From the NCBI GenBank assembly GCA_905178155.1, contig CAJINV010000016.1, forward strand, positions 773,386 through 837,385: DNA of 64,000 nt, read 5' to 3'. The position numbers and the translations under genes were made by a program. The stretch is from Amoebophrya sp. A120 (Eukaryota; Protista; Dinoflagellata). Shown here piece by piece: positions 36,841 through 48,453 of the stretch; the first letter of the stretch is position 1, and each line of letters starts with the position of its first letter. The notes under the pieces are model-generated. The model was given only the letters and a program-made list of their open reading frames with translations, was not told where the DNA came from and did not search any database.

Positions 36841-39800
36841 ATGAATGAAGACGATTTTTTGATGCAACATCGAACGACGACAAATAAAGACTCCACATCC
36901 AAGAGACCAAATTGCAATACAGCCCCCCTCCAAAAACTCTATAGTATACACAAGATGCCCGAGGACTCTGCGCCCGACCCGAACAAGATGTCCCTGGTAT
37001 CCGTCGACATCGACGGGTCACCAGAACAAGACGGGCAACAGACAACCAACCAAGAACCCAAGGCTTCCGCAGTATCCTTCGATCCCGATGTTGTGGACCA
37101 GCGCATCACCGTATCAGAGTGCACAACTCCGCTTCGTTGCCTCGGTTTATTGACGGGCATGAGCAAGAAGAAGAATTATACAAGCATCGCAACTTCTACA
37201 GAAAGCAGGCGTCAGCGTGACAAATCTGCACACAGTTTGAAGTACTGCTTGAGGTTCCACCGATGTTTGTCCTCTAGACAGGACTGTAGGGCGAGATGTT
37301 CTTTACTTGGCTTTTTGAGTTTTACAAACGTATGAGGGGGACGAGAGGAAGTTCTTGCGCACTCTCATACACCACGGGCACCGCTGCCGATCAGCGCGCC
37401 ACCACGGGTACGACAACCACGGCCGTCACGGCGTTATCCATGCTCACGGCGGCTTCCCGTCTCCAAGCGCTGCCGGAGGAGGCAAAGGAGGACTCGAAGG
37501 GCACTAAGCAGCAAGCGCAACAGCAACCAGGAGACACGAAAATTCAGCTGCAACCACTGGACGGGCGCGACAGCACGCTGACACAACCCGAGCTGATCGA
37601 GATGTCGGGGCGCGACGAAAATTACCGAAAGAAATTCACGGACCCCTCTATGACCTGCTGAAACGTTACAAGCTCAAATGTTAGAATAGAGTCTAGATTA
37701 TTTTGTCTTGCATGCTTAGCATGACAGAATCGCAGAGCGTTCCATTTTCTGCAATACAAATTTCGGTAGATTCTAGTGCGGCTCTTTGGGGCTCCGAAAC
37801 TTGTCATGCGCAATCCTGTGAGAGCAGGTTAGCTCATGCATTTCTTGCATCACAGATTTCCGTACTCTACTGCAACGTTAGTTTGAGATTGTAACACCTG
37901 AGCAAGTTATACCCTCGCAGCGGAAACTCGCGATGGAACGGGCAAACCAGGAATGTTTGAAATCCATGATCACGGAAACGGATGAGAACAACCAGCTGCG
38001 CCTCGTCAACTGGCGCACAGCGGACGTGAAAAAAATCGGAAAAGTCACGCAGAGCGTCGGTATGATAATTCGGATGATTGATAGATGAGATGACTTTTAT
38101 CTTTCACGGGCGAGTTCTTCTGCTTCTCGTCGTTGTTTCAGATTCAGCTTTCGCATGGCTATCGTCAAAACAGCACTTCAAATCCGCATTTATTCCGCAT
38201 GACAAACTTTCACCTATTGCTATTGCCCTCTCTCAGGTATCGAGCTGTATTTTCAGTTCCTGCGCTACGGCGTGTTTTTCTTCTTTCTCTGGTCCCTGCT
38301 CACCGTGTTATTGGTAGCCCTTCGGGCGCGATCAGATGACTTTTATTTTTCATGGACAGGTTCGTCTACTTTTCGTTGTTTCAGTTTCAGCCTCCACTTG
38401 ACTATCGTCACAAGACTTCACATCCGCGTTTATTCCGCATGAAAAACTAACACCTACTGCCCTCTCTCAGGCATCGAGCTGTATTTTCAGTTTCTTATGG
38501 CGATGGCAGAAACTTTTTGCTTCAAAACTTTTTTTTTTGGGGCATGCAAATCATCAATCAGGAAAACTAGACACCTTCTGGGCGGTGAATATTCCGCGCA
38601 TGAACAGGACGGGTTTTTCTGTAGGCTGAGCTAGTTAGTCTGAATGCAGGGACAGGGTAGGCCTGCCCGCCGGCTGCGGCACGGATTCGTCCTGAGCCCT
38701 TTGGCCTCGAGGTGTGTGACAGCTAGGTCCCCCGGCGCGGCCTTGGCATGTCGGGAAGTAGTTCAGGATATTGCAGCGCAATTCTGACTGGTCGCACAAG
38801 GGCGGCAATCTCGAACGAGCATGGCCACGGGGCCTGGCGTGCCATAGCTTCCAAAGTACTCTGCGAGGCACAGACAGTGTAGGCGTACTGAGCCAATAAA
38901 GTTGCCCACTTTATTCCGGGCCCGGCTGCGTAACACCCGTCCTTGCCGGGTTCGCGTGATCATTTTTCCGGACATTGCTTTTGAAAAGCTGGAAACTTGC
39001 GGAAGCCAAAAGAGGGCGCGGGCCCCCCCTTGGGGGGGGGGTTTGGGGGACCCCCCTTCGTGGAGATACTAAGGGGGAGTACCCTTCTTAGGAGGCCCAA
39101 AAAGGGGGGGGGTTTGGGGGTGGGTCGTGGGGGGGCTTTCGATTTGCTTCCAGAGTCGGGGGGCTTTCGTTTTACTCAGCCGCGGCGCCTAAGTCGTTGG
39201 CGCCGTCGCGCTTAGCTTTCAATTGTTCGGCAGCCGAGCGTGGCTGCCTGTTTTGTTTACCGGGGCATGGGCCGGCTGTTTGCCACGGACCGCGGCACAA
39301 ACGGCCTCGGCTTGGCTGCGTATTTCTTTTTATTCGACCAGCGCGATCCCATATGGTGTCTGTCCGGCTCCTGCGCCTGCCGTCACGGACCGAACCCGGG
39401 ACGCAACCGGCGGCAACGTCCGTTCTGTTCCTGCATGCAGACCAGCAAATTTGACAGGGTCTTAAAGCCGCAGCGCTCATGCGTGAGATAGTTGCCGCTG
39501 GGACGATATTTACTTTTCGCGCTGGGTGATTCGCATGCCCAAAAAAAAAAAAGTTTTGACGCAAAAAGTTTCTGCCATCGCCATATTTCTGCACTACGGC
39601 GTGTTTTTCTTCTTTCTCTGGTCCCTGCTCACCGTGTTCATCCTCCTTGCCTGCTTGGCCCCCAGTGAAGAGTCCGACGACAAGACCGGCGCTGGGTTCC
39701 TCGCTTTGTTCTCCCTCGCCTCCTTTTCCGACGTCAGACAGAAGGACTTACCTATTGGGTCCAGAAAAATCGATTTCTACGGCGACAAACTGACCACCGT

Positions 39801-42800
39801 GGACGTGACCCCCTGGATGAGTGCCATGTCGGCGCTCGGCGCGTTTCTCTACCTGGGTTACGTACTGTGGTTCCGGTACGTCAACATTGCGAAGACGGCG
39901 GAGGCGTTGGACGCGCAAACCGTCACACCCGCGAACTTCACGGTGCTCGTCGACCAACTCCCCTCGTTCGAAATGGTGAAGGCAGAAGACTATGCAACGG
40001 AACTGCGGAAGCACTTTGTGAAGGTCCTCAACATGGAGAAATTTCGGCTTGAGCAGGTATCTGCGAAAGAAAAAGCGAAGCGGGAAGGTATCGATGTGAA
40101 GAAAGTGGAGTTACCGGCTCCCCCTGCCGACGGGTTCGAGGTGACGGACGTGGCGGAATTGGAAAGAATCATACCGGAAATCTCCTTCGCGCGGAACTAC
40201 GGCGGAAAGTTGGCGGCGATTCAGGACGAAGTATGCATTGCAAATATGTCTGGGAGGTCTGGAAACTTGTGATGCTAAGTGGCGATGATTGAGCACACTC
40301 CTGAGTGCAGCCAAGCATGACAAATTTACAGCGCGCTTCCTCGTGTGTAATGCGCATGAGAAACTGGGTTTTGCATGACAAAGAATTCGCGCTTTTGTCG
40401 GTCACGCAATACAGATTTCACAAGAGTGCAACACACGCAATACAGATTTCCAGACCCCGACAGATTTGCAGTTGATACGCAGCCCGCTTGAAGCAAAAAA
40501 TCATCGAGGCGAAAATTGACAACGACGAGAAAAAGATTGAAGCGGTGAAGAAACAGGTATACATTCGATGAACTGCTGAGTTGTTTCAAAAGTTTGTATT
40601 GCATCGTCGCAGCGTTCAAACTGTTTGTCATGCGAATTTCGAATCATCATACTGACATACGCATATTAACTCTATCAGGCCGAGAAACTGGACAAGCGCA
40701 ACCAGAAGCGAAAAGACACGTTTGGGGACATTTTAGAGCACGAGCGGGAAATTTTTCGCGCCTACGTCAGTTTCCACCTCTCGCACGACAAGGCTCTCAT
40801 CGAAGACCTCTACCGCATGTCTCCCTACACGTTTGGGTATTTATTTCAACCAAAGAAACTCCGGTTCCAGGGCGTGAAGCGAATCTGCGTCACCAAAGCG
40901 CCCGAGCCGTCGAACATTTTATGGGAGAACCAGGATTGTCCAGCCATGACGCGGTTCATCCGGCGGTCGATCACGAAAGTGCTGGTCATCATTTTACTGG
41001 CGATCTCGACCGGCGGCATCCTCTGGGCGCAGCAGAAACAACAGAGCGAAGCGAAAAAGGCGCAGGGCAGCGATTGTCAGTTGACGCTGTTGGACGGCGA
41101 GGAGGTGATGACAGTGCGGAACGACCCGACGAAGAAATTGACCGCGGCCACCGCGAAGGTGTTTTTGGATTCCTTACCCGCCGGGACAGTGAAAAAGGAC
41201 TACTTGACCGACTGCGAGTGCAGCGCCATCGGGATCAGTGCGATGAGCGGGGACGTGAAGTTAGCCTGTGAGACGTTCTACGACACGCAAGTCACCATGT
41301 TCATCATCACCACCGGGTCGTCCATCATCGTGGTCGCAATCAATTTCCTCTTGAAGATGTTCCTCGTGAAACTAGCGAATTTTGAACGCCCCTTGACCGT
41401 TTCCGGGCTGGAGTGTGCGATCAGTCTGAAGGTGTTTGTCGCTTTGTTTCTCAACACGGCGCTGCTGGTGTTTTTGTTAAATCAAGAGTGGTTCTACCCG
41501 ATGAGCGAGTTTTTACGGGGGGAGCGGCCGGACTTTGACCACGTTTGGTTTGCGACGGTCGGGCTAGCGATTTCCACAACACTGATGATCAACATCGCGT
41601 CCCCGCATCTCATATCCACGGGAAAAGTATCGTACTCGTACGTAGTAATTGCAGTGTTGCATGACAAATCTCACACTCTACCTGAACCAGCATGACAAAC
41701 TGCATTTTTCAGATTGAAAAAAATTAGAATTGTGATGCAAAAATTTACACTAAGACTGATCAGCTCGATACTTGTGTAAAGTGCATATCTCATCCAAGTT
41801 GCGGTATCCTACGTTCTACGGCTCAAAGCCTACTGCTGCGGGCACTGCTGCGCGACTACCGAGGAGCAAATCGTGAATGCTTTTGAGCCGATCGTGTTCG
41901 AGCTCGCGCCGCGTATCAAATGCAAAAATGTCTGGTCGTCTAGAAGAGTGCAAGATTTGTCATGCAAATTTTACATGACCCATGACGTTTGTAGTGCATG
42001 AACTAGCATCCCAGAATTTTAGTGGGCTTCCTGATGCCTATTTCGCATGAGAAATGCCATTATTTCCATGTAGCACAAACTGAACCCCTCTTGCTGGTTA
42101 TGCAATACAGTTTTTTTTTAGATGCAGAGATATTCCGCGTCTCTGAGCGTTTTCGATTTCCGCATCGCAAATTGGCCCCTTTGTTTTAGTTAGGAATGTG
42201 TCCACATCAGACGCTATTCCTGCCTTGCTCGTGCGCATACGTACGTAGATCTCTTGACTTCAGTCTCGAGGCTTAGGGTCGGAGTACTCTCAGCACTGCT
42301 GAAGCTTTAGAACCAGACGGGAGTTTAGAACCAGACGGGAGTGCACGCCCTGAAGGATCAGAGCAAAAGGCTTTTTGATAGCGCTTTTTTACAAACGGCT
42401 TCATGGTCCGCTTTCTCTGTTGCGCTCTTCCTTTTTCCTCGGGCCCTACTGGCACCAAGCAGTTTTTTCTTTCGGGGATCGGGTTATTGGTTTAGGATTA
42501 GACAGGTGGTAAACCACCCCATTTTAGGAACATCACATGTTACGCGCATCCGGATTCTCCACCAGCATGCCGTCGCGACTTCTTCCCTCCGTCGACTCAG
42601 CCACCGCGGAAGGGTTCCAGGGTTTAGAAGGATTTAGTTTAGGGTTCCTATTTGATTTTAGATGCAGAGACAGCATCACAGGTTGCAACCTCCCAGACGC
42701 AGACATATTTGCAATGCATACCGCGAACGGGGGCGCTATTAAACACGTTGTACAGCACGTTGGTTTTTGCTGCCGGTTGTCCGATCTATTGTGAGGAAAA

Positions 42801-45631
42801 ATCCCCCCTCCCCAAATATCGAAAAGGCGTGCTGTTCAAAATTTGTGATGCTGACTTGTGGTCACAAATCGAGTCTGTCTTGCGAGAGAGCAAAGCCAGG
42901 GCCTCCGCTGCATTTCGCGGGCGATTTGTAATGCTGCTACGCTACTAGGGCAGACGTCTGCCATGCTAAGTGCTTACCCCAAGCCACCCCCTTCCGGGCT
43001 TTGTATCTGTCTGCAGTCCTCTACCGCAACACAATTCTGATTTGTGTACCCAAATCCTGCATCACAGATTTCCATTTCGATATGGGGAGGGGGCATTTTT
43101 CCTTTTGATACGATCTTGATTTGGTTTGCGACGCTGAACCACATGCTGTGCTTTCTGGCGGACAAGTATTTGTTACTTCGGGTGTCCAAACGGCCGCCGG
43201 CATATTATGAAATGTAAAAATGTCTGGGTCTGGAAGAGTGCGAGGTTTGTCATGCACGTTTTGCATGAGCCATGATGTCTGTGATGCATACCTTAGCAAT
43301 ACAGATCTTTTGAAGGCTTCTTGATGCCTATTCCGCATGACAAATGCCTTCTCAGTGTAGCAAAAATTGCATTCCCTTTGGTACTCATGCAATACAGATT
43401 TTTTTGGAATCCAAATGCAGCATCACAAGTTGCATTCTTCCAGACCCAGACATTTTTACATTTGATACATATGACGAGCAGGTGATTAAGGACGCGATTG
43501 GAATCGTGCCGTATGCGCTGCTATCAAGTGTAAAAATGTCTGGGTCTGGAAACTTGTGATGCTGAGTGGCGTCTCATGATGAGGCTACAAATGCTGGCTC
43601 AGCATGACAAGTTTCTGAGCTCCTAGGTGTTGCCTATTCTGCATGACAGACTGCGCTTCTGCATCACAGAAAAACGGAGCTCTTGGGCAACGTGCATGAC
43701 AGATTTAAGAGTCATGCCAGACAAGCCTGACAAACGTGAATTCCAGACCCAGACATTTTTACATTTGATAGCTGTTGCTGCACGTATGGGATGGGTGAAA
43801 GAGGTTTTATCGTATTGGAACTTCGTCTTTGCATAGAAGGGAGGCCTGGAGGTTGTTTTTAGCATGACGAACTCGCCTCTGCCGCAGCTATGTACGAACA
43901 GGTATTTTCATTTTTACAGTGAACAAGCACGTCGACTGCACATGCATGACTCTGCAATGCGATACTAGTTTGCACTCCATACCACGCCATTGTCGGGATT
44001 TGGATGTTGGGAAATGTGGAAGTGTTTCCCTCAGAGGAATTTATCGAGATGACGGTGCCCCAGGACGCACCGAAAGCCTTCCGACCACTGTTGACGCTGG
44101 TATAGATGCATTCACTTCTACTTGATCCGGAGTGCTACTTTGTAAGTACGCGGTTTGGAGCATGACAAACGTGCTTTGTTTTGCTAATTTCCGCATGACA
44201 AAAAACAATTCAGATCGACCGCAGTTTGGTTGCCGCCGGCGTCCCCTACTTCCTTCTCCTCTTGGCTCTCCTCTTCTTCGTCGCGATCGAAATCCTGAAG
44301 CTCTTTCTCGGGCGCGCGTTCGACGCAGTGGGGAGCTGCCTGTTCAAGTGCTGCTGCAACAATAAAGTGACGAGGAGCAGTATCGAGGAAAAAAGCTGTG
44401 TAAGTGTAACTTTGTACGCTTTGCCTTACAGGGAAAAGCTGTCATGCGCAGCTACTACGTTGAAACACGTATGAAGTAGCCTATGACGCAGATTCAGCAT
44501 GACACGTGTAATAGTTTTGCATTTTCTGCATCACAGACTTACACTCACATAGTCTTTTTCTGGCATAAGTAGCCTGAACTTCGTGGATCTGGACGCTTTA
44601 TCCCCCTCCATGGTCCACGCCGAGGACAAAACGAACTACCGCGACGCGCAGCAAGAGTGGCGGGCGCAGAAGATCTGCGCGTCTTATTTCCTGATCGATA
44701 ACGAGAAGTACGAGTTTATGCGGACCGCGGACGTCGACCTGCGCACCTTCGTGTCCCGCGGCGAGGTTTCGCGAAAGAAATCCTCCGCCCACAGCCTCCA
44801 CAGCAGTGTTAAAACGAGTGTTAAAAGCGAGGGCGAGGCGAAGCAGGGGGAGGAAGTGGTTGTTTCCGAAGGGAACATATCAAATGCAAAAATGTCTGGG
44901 TCTGGAAGATTGCCAGGTTTGTCATGCATTTTTTGCATGATGCCTGACGCCTGTAATGCATGACCTAGCACCACAGATTTTTAGAGGCCCTCCTGATGCC
45001 TAATCCGCATGAGAAATAGCCTCTACTCCGCGTAGCACAAACTGGACTCACTTTGCTGGTCATGCAATACAGTTTTTTTTGGAATCCAAAGACAGCATTA
45101 CAAGTTGCAATCTTCCAGACCCAGACATTTTTGCAATCCATAGAACAATGACGGAGACGCCACGCCGCTGAAAGTGTCCTCTGTCGGTGACTATCAAATG
45201 CAAAAATGTCTGGGTCTGGAAACTTGTGATGCAAATCTACGAATTGTGGGCGCACTGCAGTATGCATCCAAGCATGAGAAGTTATTGCGCTGCTGTGTGT
45301 TTCGTTTATCGCATGACAAACTGCGTTTTTGCATGACAGGTAAGAGGCCCTTTTCCTGCTCATGCATCACAGATGTAAGAGTCATCCCAGACAAGCACGA
45401 CAAACTTGCATTCTTCCAGACCCAGACATATTTGCTATGCATAGTGACCCGACGAGTCCCAGCAAGCAACCCGGAGCGCTGAATGTCGGCGATGAAAAGC
45501 GGACCGGCGCGGACAGGGATAATGCGGATCGGTACTCGTATGCAGATGGGGTTGAGGGTTGGGTCAAGAGCATGAGAATTTGTGTTGCATCGATCGATGT
45601 GCATATGGAGAGTTTGCGATTTGGACAGTAG
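36841..45631 (+). CDS. OSCA/TMEM63 (CSC1)-like multi-pass ion channel; 13 introners
   Basis: GIELYFQFL, TVTPANFTVLVDQLP, APEPSNILWENQ, FVALFLNTA, DFDHVWFATVG, FELAPRTGALLNTLYSTLVFAAGCPIL, DKYLLLRVSKRPPAYD, reassembled after element+DR removal. The 3' end is uncertain. Confidence 0.8.
37112..37369. mobile_element. Introner family E, diverged
   Basis: DR caccg/cacca. Confidence 0.8.
37649..37911. mobile_element. Introner family D
   Basis: DR ccctc/ccctc. Confidence 0.9.
38089..38495 (+). repeat. Tandem duplication of intron 3' part plus exon start
   Basis: gatgacttttat...ccctctctcag|gyatcgagctgtattttcagttyct occurs twice (from ~38090 and ~38335). Confidence 0.85.
38496..39585. mobile_element. 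Long (1090 bp) TIR introner with a GC/G-tract-rich interior
   Basis: ~60-bp TIR tatggcgatggcagaaactttttgc..., DR tttct/tttct; splits YFQFL|HYG. Confidence 0.9.
40232..40477. mobile_element. Introner family A
   Basis: DR cgaag/cgcag. Confidence 0.85.
41613..41787. mobile_element. Introner family C, diverged
   Basis: DR tctca/tctca. Confidence 0.8.
41914..42720. mobile_element. Introner family A with a 525-bp nested insert
   Basis: DR ccgcg/ccgcg. Confidence 0.88.
42131..42655. mobile_element. Nested insertion with 15-bp TSD
   Basis: TSD ttttagatgcagaga (42116-42130 / 42656-42670); internal 18-bp tandem repeat; TTTAGGG-like end. Confidence 0.75.
42787..43110. mobile_element. Introner family F
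   Basis: DR cgatc/cgatc. Confidence 0.9.
43206..43467. mobile_element. Introner family A
   Basis: DR catat/catat. Confidence 0.9.
43522..43770. mobile_element. Introner family A
   Basis: DR gctgc/gctgt. Confidence 0.9.
43785..43981. mobile_element. Degenerate introner
   Basis: tatggga...ctccata, DR gcacg/ccacg; removal gives LLH|AIVGIWMLGN. Confidence 0.65.
44381..44567. mobile_element. Introner, singleton
   Basis: DR agcag/agtag, imperfect TIR. Confidence 0.7.
44878..45142. mobile_element. Introner family A
   Basis: DR gaaca/gaaca. Confidence 0.9.
45192..45443. mobile_element. Introner family A
   Basis: DR gtgac/gtgac. Confidence 0.9.
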
Positions 45632-46190
45632 GTATTGCGAGATGCGATTCTGATCTCCGCGTTTTTGTCTTGCTGTGCAGTAGAAATTCTCAGTGCTGCA
45701 TGATCACAGATTCTGTGCATTGACTCGTCCTCGGAATTTGCCATGCATAATCTGAAGCACTCGTTTTATCACCATCAAGATTCGGGATTGAACCTGATGA
45801 CCGACCCAACCGTGGAAATAACATCGAGTGGACACGATGAGGCATAGACTCCGCTTCGTGGTCTCATGCAGTTTCATTACCTGTGGAAAAGGAAATCAAA
45901 TGGAACCTTCATGATATGTAAATGTAAGGCAAAAATTTGAATACCGGCGAACAAGGGCTTGTTGTAGGATTTTAGTGTCAGAATATGCTAGAACTAGTAC
46001 AAAAGTTTCTTCAAGCAGGTGTAGAATTTTTCGAAAGGAAGATTACGCGATATTTCTCAAGCATTTGCGGGTGGCCAATCGGCGAAATCTGATTTATGTA
46101 TGTTGGACAAAATGGACATCAACTTTCGGTTTCGATACCTGTAGGTACGTAAGTATCCTCCCAAGGATAACGCTTCATCTGAAAATAATT

Positions 46191-47989
46191 ACGGATGCAC
46201 CTTGGTGCATCATTTTCGAGTAAGTGACGGAAAGGACGAAACTTCTATGGAAAGGGCTAGCAGATCCCTGGTAAGCTAATGCAAGGCGGCACGACTGGAC
46301 CCGCAGTGGAGGCGGGGGTCGTGCCACGGTTTCTCTTATTTCGATCGGCTGGACCCAGTCTAGGTTGTGGTTGACTGGGGGCCGATGTAGGATTGGCACG
46401 GCAAGAGCCAGAGTTGGCGGTGCGACGACTGGGCCTGGTCCTTGTGAAAAAAGTTGCTGGTGGGTGGGCGCAACGACCTTACACTCGTCGCTTGGCTCTG
46501 GGCAATGTCGGTTTGAATCCGTTATCCTATGACCACGGGGGGTTTTTGGTTTTCGTTGGCTGCGCCGGGGCCAAGCGGGTGCTCTGCACTGGGTGTAAGG
46601 TCGTGCCCTCCTGTAACCTGGTAGGTGCTATGGACCGGGGACATTTTCACTAGGTTTTGGGGTCTTTCTCGACCCCCCTTTCGCGTAGTTTCGCGGCCTT
46701 GGACAAGGGATGGTCGCCGTTGTTGCGTCTAGGCTGTCTCTAGCATTTGGCTCGGCCCCGCATGGTATTGGTGCTGGTTGTTGGTTTGCGGGCGTACTTA
46801 CTTTCCTGCATCGTCCGGGGACGGAATCTTTCGGAGAGGAGGCTAGGGGCCCTCTCAGTCTGCCCGGGGAGAATCGTTTTTGTTGCCTCTGCCCCGGCGG
46901 TAGTGAAGGTCGGGCGCTTCGAAGCTGGGTATATGAAGCTGCTGAGTCGATTGCTTTTGCGCTGGGGGGTTGGCCGCGGCCGCGCAGACAACTTGCAGGT
47001 CTAGGTGTGGCCCACCTGGGTTCGCGAGGATTGGCGTTACGAATCAAGATCCCCTCTCCTGCGGGTCCGTTAGGGTTTCCCATGTATCCGGGCTGGCTCA
47101 ACGCGTCCACTTCATGTGGTAGGGCTTCTGAACCTCGGAGTGCAGCGGACAAGGGTAGAAGATTTTTCACGCACTGGCGGAGTCGGTTGCGCTCTGCGCC
47201 TTGGGTTCTCTGGTATAACGCTTGTAGTATTCATTCCCCGGCCAATTTGTTTGGTCTGCTCCCCGGGGGGCGGGATTTGGGTTAGAGAAGGTGGCCGCAG
47301 TTGCGGTGAAATTGTGCACGTTCGCGTCAAGGTTGGTCGTTGCCCTACTCGAAGGCCAGCACCATTATTGTACACACCCACGGGTGGAGGGTGGAGCCTA
47401 TTCATCTTGGACTTCAAGTCTTGGCGCGGTCTAGGGCCACAGGCGGCCACGCCACTTCGAAAACGCTCACGGCCGGGCTTACCGGGGATACCTCGGACGG
47501 TTTGGGGCTAGCTTTATTACGGATGCTGGCATCAAGCCCAGGGTGGTTGGGCGAGCCTTCGGCTGGGCGGTGCGCCACTAGCTCTCGTGGGGTTGCGCGG
47601 GTAGTTCCGTTCATGGGGTTGGCAGGCTGTATTCGCCACCAATTGGCTGCTGGCTGGGCCAGTCGGTTTCCTGGGCATGTGCCTCAGTTTTGCTTGATGG
47701 TTTGGGGTAATGGCCTCGGAGTCCTTTTTTTTTTTTTTCGCCTTTACTGGCCAGAGTTTCCCACCGGGCATGTCTGGCGCACCAGTTGCGGGGGATGGCT
47801 ACTTCCGGAGCGGTCTGTCTGTCGTAGCACAAGCGCCACTTCGGGGGGTGTTCGCGCTGATATCCGTAGCGCTACCGGCTCTGTCTGGGTTTTCCAATTA
47901 CGGGTCGGGCCGTAGTGAGCTGTGTAGGTGTTGGGGGCTGACTTTAGAGGGGATTGCGGGCGCTGCTACATCTATCGACTTCTTTTGCG
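46191..47989. mobile_element. 1.8-kb G/T-skewed insertion flanked by a perfect 48-bp direct repeat
   Basis: aggtacgtaagtatcctcccaaggataacgcttcatctgaaaataatt at 46143-46190 and 47990-48037. Confidence 0.7.
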
Positions 47990-48453
47990 AGGTACGTAAG
48001 TATCCTCCCAAGGATAACGCTTCATCTGAAAATAATTCAGGAAGACGAAACGCCAAGAAACTTCGCAGCGCTTGTCTCAGAACGAAAGAAAATCAATGTA
48101 GAGAAAGTGCTGCTGCGAGAAAATTGCTTCTCTTGTTGGTCTTGCTTGTTGTTCCTTGCTAATTAGCACTACAAACATACACCGGAAACTAAATTTCTTA
48201 CGATGCACCAGCGACGCACTGAAGGCTGAGAAATCTGTTTGTATCGTTTTGGAGCTGTAGGGAAAAGAATCGAGTGCGTCGCAACCTGAAAACTGAGCAC
48301 TTTGGAGCTAATTCTGGAAGTGTTTGCGGCTGCGCAGCTGTGATTTACAGATAGATGCCAGTTCTTTCGAGTTAGATTGTTATACGTACTGTTTGTTGTA
48401 AAAAGTTGTTCATATCCATCGAAAACAGAAGATCAAACAAAGCCAAAGAAAAA

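Noticed and set aside
46143-46190. Spliced-leader RNA gene as target of the 48-bp duplication
   Set aside because: No dinoflagellate SL sequence (CCGTAGCCATTTTGGCTCAAG) seen.
46215-46250. Hammerhead-like gaaaggacgaaac
   Set aside because: No CUGAnGA core or matching stem II 5' strand upstream.
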